Shown: piece after piece, positions 28,654-37,392 of the stretch
Numbering within the stretch: position 1 is the stretch's first letter
How the letters are laid out: each line of letters opens with the position of its first letter
Source: Planctomycetota bacterium
GTDB taxonomy: Bacteria; Planctomycetota; Planctomycetia; Gemmatales; Gemmataceae
DNA: 64,000 nucleotides
Assembly: GCA_016873225.1 (NCBI GenBank)
Contig: VGXS01000018.1
Span: forward strand, 11,995 to 75,994
Reading direction: 5' to 3'
Notes under the pieces: generated by a model
What the model was told of the DNA's origin: nothing
Database searches by the model: none
What the model saw: only the letters and a program-made list of their open reading frames with translations
Program-made: the position numbers and the translations under genes

Positions 28654-30111
28654 TCAGACGGTGTAGGTGGTGCTGGCGGTGGTGCCGCCGCGGCCTGTCC
28701 AGTTCGTGTGGTGGAACTCGCCCCTGGGGCGGTCGGTGCGTTCGTAGGTGTGGGCACCGAAGTAGTCGCGCTGGGCCTGCAGCAGGTTGGCGGGCAGGCG
28801 GGCGGTACGGTAACTGTCGAAGAACGCCAGCGCCGTGCTGAACGCGGGAACGGGGATGCCCGCCGTGACGGCGGTGGCCACCGTGCGGCGCCAGCCAGCC
28901 TGGCAACGCTCGATCTCGCCCTTGAAGTAGTCATCCAGCAGCAGGCTGGTGAGGGCCGGGTTCTTGTCGAACGCCTCCTTGATCTTGCCCAAAAACCGGC
29001 TGCGGATGATGCAACCTCCGCGCCACATCAGGGCGATGCCGCCATAGTTGAGGTGCCAGTTGTAGGCCTGCGCCGCGGCGCGCATCAGCATGTAGCCCTG
29101 GGCGTAGCTGATGATCTTCGAGGCGTAGAGGGCGTCGTGGATCGCTGAAACGATCGCGGCGCGGTCACCATCGATCTTCGGCGAGGGGCCCTTCAGCACC
29201 GTGGAGGCGGCCACACGCTGATCCTTCAGCGCCGAGACGCACCGGCTGTACACAGCCTCGGCGATCAGGGTGATGGGGATGCCCATCTCCATGGAGTCGA
29301 TCACCGTCCATTTTCCGGTTCCCTTCTGCCCGGCGGTGTCGAGGATGCGGTCCACCAGCGGGGCGCCGTCCGTGTCCTTGTAGGCCAGGATGTCCCGGGT
29401 GATCTCAACCAGATAGCTGTCGAGCGGACCCTTGTTCCACTCGGCGAACACCTTGTGCATCTCGTCGGCGGACATGCCGAGGCCGTCGCGCATGAGGTTG
29501 TAGGCTTCGCAGGTGAGTTGCATGTCGCCGTATTCGATGCCATTGTGGACCATCTTCACATAGTGTCCGGCGCCGCCCTCGCCTACCCAATCGCAGCAAG
29601 GTGCCCCGCCTTCCACCTTGGCGGAAACCGATTGGAAAATCTCCTTCACATGAGGCCACGCGGCGGGACTGCCGCCGGGCATGATGCTCGGGCCGTGGCG
29701 GGCCCCTTCCTCGCCGCCGGAAACCCCCGTGCCAATGAACAGCAGGCCTTTGGCCTCAAGCTCCTTGTGCCGGCGGGCGGAGTCGCCGAACAGGCTGTTG
29801 CCGCCGTCGATGATGATGTCGCCGGGTTCCAGGTGGGGGGCCACCTGGGCGATGAAGTCGTCCACGGCCTGCCCGGCCTTGACCAGCATCATGACGCGGC
29901 GGGGCCGCTTCAGCTTGGAAACCATCTCGGCGATGGAGTGGGCGCCCAGCACCTTGGTGCCCTTGGCCTCGTTGGCAAGGAACTCATCCACCTTGCTCAC
30001 CGTGCGGTTGTAAGCCACCACGGTGAACCCGTGGTCGTTCATGTTCAGGATGAGGTTCTGCCCCATCACGGCCAATCCGATGAGCGCCAGGTCGCCTTGG
30101 GGTTCCGCCAT
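28654..30111 (-). CDS. gnd: 6-phosphogluconate dehydrogenase, decarboxylating
   Basis: DLALIGLAVMGQNLILNMNDHGFTVVAYNRT, GTGVSGGEEGARHGPSIMPGG and C-terminal QRDYFGAHTYER signatures. Confidence 0.95.
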   Translation of the reverse strand: MAEPQGDLALIGLAVMGQNLILNMNDHGFTVVAYNRTVSKVDEFLANEAKGTKVLGAHSIAEMVSKLKRPRRVMMLVKAGQAVDDFIAQVAPHLEPGDIIIDGGNSLFGDSARRHKELEAKGLLFIGTGVSGGEEGARHGPSIMPGGSPAAWPHVKEIFQSVSAKVEGGAPCCDWVGEGGAGHYVKMVHNGIEYGDMQLTCEAYNLMRDGLGMSADEMHKVFAEWNKGPLDSYLVEITRDILAYKDTDGAPLVDRILDTAGQKGTGKWTVIDSMEMGIPITLIAEAVYSRCVSALKDQRVAASTVLKGPSPKIDGDRAAIVSAIHDALYASKIISYAQGYMLMRAAAQAYNWHLNYGGIALMWRGGCIIRSRFLGKIKEAFDKNPALTSLLLDDYFKGEIERCQAGWRRTVATAVTAGIPVPAFSTALAFFDSYRTARLPANLLQAQRDYFGAHTYERTDRPRGEFHHTNWTGRGGTTASTTYTV

Positions 30112-30276
30112 TTCTTGCCTCGTCTTCGCGTCTGTCTAGTGGGCCTCCGGTGCCTGTTGGCCCGGATCGAACTTCTAGTCTAGGGAATCAGAACTCGGGC
30201 GGAAGGCGGGGCATGGGTCGATCTTTTACCCCCGCGCCGATAACCTGAAACCATCGGTCTGCGGGAGAATGCGGGC

Positions 30277-31545
30277 ATGCAACGGGTGGTTTGCTTCATC
30301 CTGGGTGGCGGTCACGGCAGCGGCCTGTATCCGCTCACCCTCAACCGCAGCGTTCCCGCGGTGCCACTGGCGGGCAAATACCGCCTCATCGATGTGCCTG
30401 TCAGCAACTGCATCAACAGCGGCATCCAGCGCATTTTCGTCCTGACGCAGTACCAAAGCGTCAGCCTTCACCGGCATGTGACCAACACCTACAAGATGGA
30501 CCCGTTCCACGGCGGGTTCGTCGAGGTTCTCGCGGCCCAGCAGACCAATGAGGCCAGCGACTGGTACAAGGGTACCGGCGATGCCCTGCGCAAGAACCTG
30601 AGCTACGCCGAAGGCGATGGAGGATGCACGGATGTGCTGGTGCTTTCCGCCGATCAGCTGTACCGGATGGACTTCCGCTCCCTGGTGATGGGTCACAGGG
30701 CCAGTGGCGCCGCCTGCACCATCCCCGTCACCTCCGTGGGCCCCAACCGGGCCCGCCGGATGGGCATCGTCGAGCTTGACGCCGGGCAATGGGTGCGCGG
30801 GTTCGTGGAAAAGCCAAGCGCCGAGAGCCTTGATACCCTCTACCGGGAGAATGCGGAGGATGCGAGCAGGCCGTTCCTGGCCTCGATGGGCATCTACCTG
30901 TTCCAGTTGAGCGCCCTCAAGGAGGCGTTCGCCTCCCTGCCGAACGCCACCGACCTGGTCACCCAGGTCATTCCCACGCTGGTGAACCCCGGGCGGGTGC
31001 GCGCGCACCGGCACCACGGCTTCTGGGAGGACATGGGCACCATTCGTTCCTACTTCTCCACCCACATGGCCCTCGCCGGGGAAAAGCCACCCTTCGAGTT
31101 CCATTCCACCGAGGGCGTCATCTACACGCGCATGCGCAACCTGCCCGGGTCGCGGGTGCAGTCGTGCACGGTGCGCAACACGCTGGTTTCCGACGGTTGC
31201 GAAATCGGGGAGGCTTCGGTGCTGGAGCAGTCGGTCATCGGGGTGCGCAGCGTCATCGGCAAGCGCGTCACGCTGCGCAACTCCATTTTGATGGGATCCA
31301 ACTTCACCGAATCACCGGGGGACCGGGAACTGCGCGCCGGCAGCGCCGAGCCTCCCATGGGTATTGGCGAGGGAACCATCATCGAGCAGGCGATCATCGA
31401 CAAGAACTTCCGCATCGGCCGCGATTGCCGCCTGGTGAACGCCGGGCAGGTGCAGTTCGCCGACGGCCCGTTCTACTCCATCCGCGACGGGGTGATCCTG
31501 CTGCCGGCCAACGCCGTGGTGCCCGACGGCACCATCATCAGCTAA
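30277..31545 (+). CDS. glgC: glucose-1-phosphate adenylyltransferase
   Basis: ILGGGHGSGLYPLTLNRSVPAVPLAGKYRLIDVPVSNCINSGI..IFVLTQYQS.SL.RH, plus a C-terminal left-handed beta-helix region. Confidence 0.9.
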   Translation: MQRVVCFILGGGHGSGLYPLTLNRSVPAVPLAGKYRLIDVPVSNCINSGIQRIFVLTQYQSVSLHRHVTNTYKMDPFHGGFVEVLAAQQTNEASDWYKGTGDALRKNLSYAEGDGGCTDVLVLSADQLYRMDFRSLVMGHRASGAACTIPVTSVGPNRARRMGIVELDAGQWVRGFVEKPSAESLDTLYRENAEDASRPFLASMGIYLFQLSALKEAFASLPNATDLVTQVIPTLVNPGRVRAHRHHGFWEDMGTIRSYFSTHMALAGEKPPFEFHSTEGVIYTRMRNLPGSRVQSCTVRNTLVSDGCEIGEASVLEQSVIGVRSVIGKRVTLRNSILMGSNFTESPGDRELRAGSAEPPMGIGEGTIIEQAIIDKNFRIGRDCRLVNAGQVQFADGPFYSIRDGVILLPANAVVPDGTIIS

Positions 31546-31567
31546 TTCGAATCGCCCGACCTGGGAT

Positions 31568-31610
31568 GGGAGTGAGCGGATGAGGCTCTTGGGGCTTACG
31601 CCCCACTCCC
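31568..31610. terminator. possible bidirectional hairpin between convergent glgC and parB
   Basis: GGGAGTGAGCG (31568-31578) pairs imperfectly with CGCCCCACTCCC (31599-31610). No clear T tract. Confidence 0.3.
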
Positions 31611-31658
31611 GCCCATTTGCCGTGGCACGCCTCACGCTTGCCTTGTTGCTTCCCGTTG

Positions 31659-32543
31659 TCAGGCGGCGCGCAGCAGCGAGATGATCCTTTCAAAGTCCTC
31701 GGTGGAATCAAAGGCCACCACCAGCGCGCCCTTCTCGGCACCCTTGAGGCGTATGTCCACCTTCAGCGACAGCTTGCCGGCCAATTCGCGCTCGATGCCC
31801 AGCACATGCTCGGTTTTCTCCACCTTGGGCTCGGTGGCGCCACGGGCCGGTTCCTGCGCGGGCGCGGGTGCCTGCCGGGACAACTGCTCGGTGGCATGCA
31901 CCGACAGGCCCAGGGAGATGACTTGACGGCACAGCATCACCTGGGCCTCGGCGCCCTGCGCGCCCTTGATCACCTTGGCATGCCCCATCGAGATCTGACC
32001 GCCACGAACGGCATCCTGCACCGCCTGGGGCAGGTCGAGCAGGCCCACGATGTTGCTGATGGTCGGCCGGGCCAGGCCCAGGCGCGCGGCCAGTTGCTCA
32101 TGCGTCATCTGGAAGCGATCAAGATAGTCCTTGAAGCCGATCGCCTTCTCAATGGGGTTGAGGTCGGTGCGCTGGATGTTCTCAACCAGCGCCGCTTCCA
32201 TCACCTGCTGGTCGTCGAAGTCGACCACGCGCACGGGCACCTCGGCCAGGCCGGCATCGATGGCGGCGCGCAGGCGGCGCTCGCCCGCGATGAGTTCGTA
32301 GCGGTCGCCCCGTGGACGCACCACCAATGGCTGAAGCACCCCGTGGGTCTTGATGGTTTCCCTGAGGCTTTCAAGCTGTTCGGGATCGAAGTGCTTGCGG
32401 GGCTGGTTGGGATTCTGGTCGATCACGGCGATCGCCACGGTGGACCCGCCCGTTCCCGACCCCGCGCCATCTCCGAGGATCGCATCCAGTCCCTTTCCCA
32501 TCACCGACCGGCCCGCCGCTCGTTCCATGACCATGCTCTCCAT
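31659..32543 (-). CDS. parB: chromosome partitioning protein ParB/Spo0J
   Basis: GKGLDAILG, NPNQPRKHFDPEQLESLRETIKTHGVLQPLVVRP..DRYELIAGERRLRAA, VENIQRTDLNPIEKA, and an HTH THEQLAARLGLARPTISN. Homology starts at MGKGL (ATG 32501). The track ORF runs to 32663. Start is uncertain: 32501 to 32543. Confidence 0.9.
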   Translation of the reverse strand: MESMVMERAAGRSVMGKGLDAILGDGAGSGTGGSTVAIAVIDQNPNQPRKHFDPEQLESLRETIKTHGVLQPLVVRPRGDRYELIAGERRLRAAIDAGLAEVPVRVVDFDDQQVMEAALVENIQRTDLNPIEKAIGFKDYLDRFQMTHEQLAARLGLARPTISNIVGLLDLPQAVQDAVRGGQISMGHAKVIKGAQGAEAQVMLCRQVISLGLSVHATEQLSRQAPAPAQEPARGATEPKVEKTEHVLGIERELAGKLSLKVDIRLKGAEKGALVVAFDSTEDFERIISLLRAA

Positions 32544-32615
32544 CGCCTCCCGCTCCGGAAGGACATGGAGTTCGTGCATACGGCGAAAGGGGTCGCCGGG
32601 GCAAGACCTGTGGGA

Positions 32616-32631
32616 TGTTCCACGAGGAACA
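32616..32631. promoter_or_regulatory. parS-like site 1
   Basis: TGTTCCACGAGGAACA matches the canonical parS TGTTTCACGTGAAACA at 13/16 positions. It lies in the cheR-parB gap. Confidence 0.5.
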
Positions 32632-32642
32632 ACGGGGGAAGA

Positions 32643-32658
32643 GGTTCCATGTGGAACC
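32643..32658. promoter_or_regulatory. parS-like site 2 (perfect 7-2-7 palindrome)
   Basis: GGTTCCATGTGGAACC has perfect GGTTCCA/TGGAACC arms and matches canonical parS at 11/16 positions. It lies 11 nt from site 1. Confidence 0.4.
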
Positions 32659-32659
32659 A

Positions 32660-33532
32660 TCAAAGGCGCTGGTAGGCGGGAGATCCGGCCATGGTGATCG
32701 GCTGGAAACGATCGCTGATGCCATACAGGCTTTCGGCACTGCCAAGAACCAGCAACCCTCCCGCTGGAAGCGATCGCCAGAATTCCTCCACCACGCGCTT
32801 CTTGAGCGCCTCATCAAAGTAGATGAGCACATTCCGGCAGAACACGACATCGAACAGGCCCACGGAAGCCAGTGCGGCATCGGCGAAGTTGACTCGGCGG
32901 TAATCGATCATGCGGGCGACCTCGGTCGAGACGACCCAGCCTGGTCCATCCGGGGTGAAGTAGCGGGCCCGAAGGTCCGCCGGCATGCCCCGCTCGAGTT
33001 CCGCCGCGCTGTAGCGGCCCTCGCGCGCCATCTTGATGATTCGGGCGCTGATGTCCGTGGCCACGATCACGAAGTCGGCGGGCCTGAGGTCGGCGGCCGC
33101 CCCGGACCGCAACCACTCCAGCGTGCTGATGGCCAGCGACACCGGTTCCTGCCCCGTGGAGCAGGCCGCCGACCAAATGCGGATGGGCCGGGGTGGAAGC
33201 AGGCTTGCGGCGCGGTCGGCCAGCCACCTTTGCCGGGCAGCGGGAAGCATGGCGGCGCGCAGCGCCTCGAACGGGTGACGGTCGCGGAAAAATGATGTCT
33301 CGTGGGTGACAATGGCCTCCACCACACGCTCGGTCACGCCCGCCTGGCGACCGTCGAGGAGACGGTCGCGCAGCGCCTCATAGCTTGGCAGTGAAAAGTC
33401 CTTGAGAAGTCCCGACAGGCGATGCTCCAGCAGGTAGGCCTTGTCCGGCCCCAGCACCACCCCGCATTCACGCGTGATCCAGCGGGATATGTCGGCTTGT
33501 GTTTCCCTTGAAAGGGGCTTGGGCTGGCTCAT
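32660..33532 (-). CDS. cheR: chemotaxis protein methyltransferase CheR
   Basis: N-terminal helical domain plus SAM-MTase (IRIWSAACSTGQEPVSLA, VVFCRNVLIYFD). Start overlaps the cheB stop by 4 nt. Confidence 0.9.
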   Translation of the reverse strand: MSQPKPLSRETQADISRWITRECGVVLGPDKAYLLEHRLSGLLKDFSLPSYEALRDRLLDGRQAGVTERVVEAIVTHETSFFRDRHPFEALRAAMLPAARQRWLADRAASLLPPRPIRIWSAACSTGQEPVSLAISTLEWLRSGAAADLRPADFVIVATDISARIIKMAREGRYSAAELERGMPADLRARYFTPDGPGWVVSTEVARMIDYRRVNFADAALASVGLFDVVFCRNVLIYFDEALKKRVVEEFWRSLPAGGLLVLGSAESLYGISDRFQPITMAGSPAYQRL

Positions 33533-34662
33533 GGCTGGGTCCTCCTGCCGGCCCGGGAGAGTTCAGCCAAGGCTCCTGGTAGTTCCTCGAGGGGGGCGAC
33601 CGCGTCGGCCAATCCGGCGGCCACGATGCTTCCGGGCATTCCCCACACGACGCTTGTGGCCTCGTCCTGGGCCAGCACGAGGCCGCCGGCGCGCTTGATG
33701 GCCGTGGCGCCTTCTGTTCCATCCTGGCCCATGCCCGTGAGCACCAACACGGCCGAATGCGCCCCGCAGGCGATCGCCATCGACCTGAAAAGCACATTGG
33801 CCGCCGGCCGGCATCCGCACTCGGGAGCCTCCTCGTTGAGGCACGCCATCAGGGCGCCATTGGGCTTGCGCGCCACCGCCAGGTGACGGCCTCCCGGCGC
33901 CACGCGAACCATCGGGCCAATCAGTTCCTCGCCGTCGGTGGCCTCGGCGACGCTCACCGAAATCTGACGGCCGAGGCTTTCGGCCAGCGAGGCGGTGAAA
34001 CCCTTGGGCATGTGCTGGACAATGAGGATCGGGCAGGCCACCCTGGCCGCCAGCAGCGGCAGGAAGGTGCCCAAGGCTCGCGGGCCCCCGGTGGATACCC
34101 CCACGCCGACAATCGCCAGGCCGGCCTCCGCTCCCCGCGGCGGGCGCTCGGCGGGCTTGGCAAGGGCTGGCAACGCTCCGGACGAACCTCCTGGCTCCTT
34201 GCCGGAAAACCCCATCCGGAGCAGGCGGTTGGTTCGATGGGTTTGGAACGCCGAAACTTTTTCAGCCAGTTCGGCCATCAGTCGGGCCTTGTTGGAGGCG
34301 AAGTCGGCGCCCGACGGCTTGGGAATGAAATCGAAGGCCCCCCCCTTGAGCGCGTCGATCGTCGCCTTGGCGCCTTGGGTCGTGTGCGAACTGATCATCA
34401 CCACGCCCACGGGCAAACGATCGGGCCGCTCGCGGTTGAACCTGGCTATGGCCTGGAGGGTCGCCATCCCGTCCATGCCCGGCATTTCCAGGTCGAGGGT
34501 GACGAGGTCGACCGGACGGTCGGCCAATACCTGCAGCGCCTTCTCTCCCGAGAAAACCGACTCGACGACACGGGCCCCGGCAATGGATTGGAACGCGTCC
34601 GCCAGCGCGGCGCGGAAGATCCGGGAGTCGTCGACGATCAGGACGCGCAGCGGTTCGGCCAT
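33529..34662 (-). CDS. cheB: protein-glutamate methylesterase CheB (REC + methylesterase)
   Basis: REC domain (RVLIVDDSRIFR...DLVTLDLEMPGMDG) and methylesterase domain (GVSTGGPRAL, VQHMP, TGMGQDG). Confidence 0.9.
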   Translation of the reverse strand: MAEPLRVLIVDDSRIFRAALADAFQSIAGARVVESVFSGEKALQVLADRPVDLVTLDLEMPGMDGMATLQAIARFNRERPDRLPVGVVMISSHTTQGAKATIDALKGGAFDFIPKPSGADFASNKARLMAELAEKVSAFQTHRTNRLLRMGFSGKEPGGSSGALPALAKPAERPPRGAEAGLAIVGVGVSTGGPRALGTFLPLLAARVACPILIVQHMPKGFTASLAESLGRQISVSVAEATDGEELIGPMVRVAPGGRHLAVARKPNGALMACLNEEAPECGCRPAANVLFRSMAIACGAHSAVLVLTGMGQDGTEGATAIKRAGGLVLAQDEATSVVWGMPGSIVAAGLADAVAPLEELPGALAELSRAGRRTQP

Positions 34663-34690
34663 GCCGTCATCGTAGTGGCAGGCGGGCTTT

Positions 34691-36952
34691 TCAGGTGAGC
34701 TTGAACTGGCGGACCGCCTGCCTCATCGCCTCGGCCAGGTCACCCAGTTCGGCGCTGCTGGCGTGAACCGCCGTGGCGCTTCGGGCGCCCAACCGGCTGG
34801 CCTCGCTGACGCCATGGATGTTGGTGGCGATCGTCTGGACCACGCGCGCCGCCTCGGCGGCGCCCTGGGAAAGGTTGCGGGTTCCCGCGGCGGCCTCGCT
34901 GGTGTTGCGGGCCGTGTCGTTGGCGCCGCGAGCCACCTCGCGGATGGCCGTGGCGATCCGTGAGACATTCTGGTTCGCCTCGCCCACATGCCTCTTGATG
35001 CCGGCGGCCGTTTCCGTCTGGCTGGCCACCGATCCGGATATCCGCCCCGCCGAAGTGCTCACCTCGCCGATCTTCACGATCACCCCGCCCATCGACGAAA
35101 CAGCCTGGCGGGAACCCCGCCTCACATCGTCGATGCGTGTCGCGATCTCGCTGGCGCTGCGCGCCGATTGCTGGGCCAGTTCCTTGATCTCCGCGGCGAC
35201 CACGGCGAAACCCTTGCCCGCATCGCCCGCCGTCGTCGCCTCGATGGTGGCGTTGAGCGCCAGCAGGTTCGTCTGCAGGGCGAAACCCTTGATCGTGTCG
35301 GTGACCTTGGTGATCTCGTCGGCGGCATGGTCGAGTGCCGTCAGCGTCTGGTTCGCCGACTCCACCATGGTTCTCGCCTTCTCGGTCATTTCCGAACCCT
35401 CGCGCGCCTCCCGCGCCACCAACAGCAGCGACTGGTTGATCTCCTCGATCGACTTCGCCAGGGAAGCCACGGTTTGGCTCGCGCCCTCGGCGGCGTCGGA
35501 AATGCCCTTCACATTCACGCTGATCTCCTCGCTGGCGCTCGAGACCGAGGAGACATTCATGTTGAGCTGTTCCGAGGCGCCGGCCATCGACTGGATCGTG
35601 GCCGTCATCTCCTCGGTGCCAGCGGCAACCGTCGAGGCTTGCGTCGTGGTCTCCTCGCTTTGGGCCATCATGTCGCCCGCCAGTTTCTGGAGTTGCCCGG
35701 AGGAACGGGCCAGGTTTTCGGCAACCGAGGCGACCTTGCCCATGAGGCCCGCCAGATGGTCGCTGACGCCGTCGAGAGCCCGGGTCATCTCGCCGATCTC
35801 GTCGCGGCGGTCGAGGTTGAGCCTTTGGGTGAGGTCACCCGCCGCCATGCGCCGCAAGTTCGCCAGCACCATCTTCAGCGGATTGCCAATGCCCCTTTCG
35901 ATCCCCAACCCAAGCCCGATTCCGATGACAATGCCCGCGACGGTGATGGCGCCGATGCCGATCAGCGCCGTCCGGTACGAATCGTCCACTTCCGCCTTGT
36001 CGGCCTCGAGGCGCTTCCCAAGGCTGTCGATGAGGCCGCCCATCTGCTCGTCGCAGGCGTTGGCGGCGCGCGTGGCCTCGCCCAGGCTCAACGACGATGA
36101 CAGCGCCGTTGAATTGGCATGGGACAATCTCCGCACCTCATCGGCCAACCCCTGGGCGATCCGGCTTTTCTCTCGCGCCCTGCCGATGTCGGCCCGGTCC
36201 TTGTCCTCGGCCAGCTCCGCCACCTCGTCGATCGACTTGGAAATCCGGCCCTGGAGGTCGTGGACATCCCTGTCGAGGTTGCCCCTCTCCTGTTCATCCG
36301 TCGCCAGGTTGTGCGAAACCAGCATCAGCCGAAGCTTGTCCGTGGCATCCTGCAGGCGGGAAGCGGCCTGGTAGCGACGGAGGGCCCTGAGTCCCTTGGA
36401 GGCGTCCTTGGCCTGGTCGGAGGCCTTGCCATCGGCTTCCGCCGACTTTTGCTGGTCGCGGCAGAAGGCCCCGATCTCCTCGAGGTTCCTGGCGAGGTCA
36501 CCCTCGATAATCCTCCACGCCTTGATGTTCGAGTTCAGCACGGCGATGGCCAGCAGCTTTTCCTGGACGCGGCGGAACTCGTCCCAGTGGCGGTTGAAGT
36601 CATCCAGCTGGGAGCGTTCCTGAGCGTAGGAGGCCTTGTCGAGCACCTGGGCGAGGCCGGCCCTGAAATCGTTGGCTTCCCTGATTTGACCCCTGGCCAA
36701 GTCGGCGAATCGCGCCGATTCGCCGTCATCCGCGGTCAGCACCGACGACTTCTCATACCTGATCACCTGCAGGATCCCGTTCCTCACCTTGAAGGCGAGT
36801 TCCAACGCCTTGGAGGTGAAATCCACCATCTGCCGGATCCTCGAGTTGAACATCGAAAGCTTGAAGGCGCCAACTCCCGCCACCACGATCGTGATGAGCA
36901 GCAGCATCGAGACCAGCACCGCCAGCTTCCACGCCATCGACAGGTTCTTCAT
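34691..36952 (-). CDS. methyl-accepting chemotaxis protein (two TM segments, large helical sensor, HAMP, MA domain)
   Basis: TM1 LAVLVSMLLLITIVVAGVGAF, TM2 ALIGIGAITVAGIVIGIGLGLGI, HAMP, and the conserved signalling hairpin IKGFALQTNLLALNATIEATTAGDAGKGFAVVAAEIKELA. Confidence 0.9.
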   Translation of the reverse strand: MKNLSMAWKLAVLVSMLLLITIVVAGVGAFKLSMFNSRIRQMVDFTSKALELAFKVRNGILQVIRYEKSSVLTADDGESARFADLARGQIREANDFRAGLAQVLDKASYAQERSQLDDFNRHWDEFRRVQEKLLAIAVLNSNIKAWRIIEGDLARNLEEIGAFCRDQQKSAEADGKASDQAKDASKGLRALRRYQAASRLQDATDKLRLMLVSHNLATDEQERGNLDRDVHDLQGRISKSIDEVAELAEDKDRADIGRAREKSRIAQGLADEVRRLSHANSTALSSSLSLGEATRAANACDEQMGGLIDSLGKRLEADKAEVDDSYRTALIGIGAITVAGIVIGIGLGLGIERGIGNPLKMVLANLRRMAAGDLTQRLNLDRRDEIGEMTRALDGVSDHLAGLMGKVASVAENLARSSGQLQKLAGDMMAQSEETTTQASTVAAGTEEMTATIQSMAGASEQLNMNVSSVSSASEEISVNVKGISDAAEGASQTVASLAKSIEEINQSLLLVAREAREGSEMTEKARTMVESANQTLTALDHAADEITKVTDTIKGFALQTNLLALNATIEATTAGDAGKGFAVVAAEIKELAQQSARSASEIATRIDDVRRGSRQAVSSMGGVIVKIGEVSTSAGRISGSVASQTETAAGIKRHVGEANQNVSRIATAIREVARGANDTARNTSEAAAGTRNLSQGAAEAARVVQTIATNIHGVSEASRLGARSATAVHASSAELGDLAEAMRQAVRQFKLT

Positions 36953-37392
36953 GACTTCTCTCCACCATCAGGTTCGCGTTGGGAAACGGCGGAAATCAGG
37001 GCTTCCGCGCGCACCATGGTCAGCATGTCGTCCTTGGCGGCCATCGCCGAGGCCACCAGCGGCCCGGACGAATCGAGCGACGGGCCAGCGAGCGGCAGGA
37101 TGCCGCCGATCTCGTCGACCACGACCCCCAACGATGGCCCCGCCGTTTCGTTGAACAGGATCAGCAGGTCGGATTCGGAGGGGGCCTTTTCGGGAAGTCC
37201 CAACAGGGCCCGAATGTTCAGGATGAGGTGGATCCGGCCGCGCAGGTTCACCAGGCCATGGATGCCGCGGTGGGCCAAGGGCACCGGAACCCACGGCGAG
37301 TAGGGATGCACCTCGCGCACCCTGGCCAGGTCGAAGCCGAATAGCCTGCCGTCGAGGCGGAAGGAGCAGGCATGGGAACCCCGTTCGCTCAT
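36949..37392 (-). CDS. cheW: chemotaxis coupling protein CheW
   Basis: CheW-like fold pattern (FRLDGRLFGFDLARVREV...HGLVNLRGRI...VVDEIGGIL). 4-nt overlaps with both neighbours. Confidence 0.85.
   Translation of the reverse strand: MSERGSHACSFRLDGRLFGFDLARVREVHPYSPWVPVPLAHRGIHGLVNLRGRIHLILNIRALLGLPEKAPSESDLLILFNETAGPSLGVVVDEIGGILPLAGPSLDSSGPLVASAMAAKDDMLTMVRAEALISAVSQREPDGGEKS

Noticed and set aside
32544-32663. ParB starting at ATG 32663 with a 4-nt overlap to cheR
   Set aside because: Homology to ParB/Spo0J begins only at MGKGLDAILG (ATG 32501). The extra approximately 40-54 residues are His/Pro/Arg-rich and would be encoded by the parS-like palindromes. This is kept as an alternative only.
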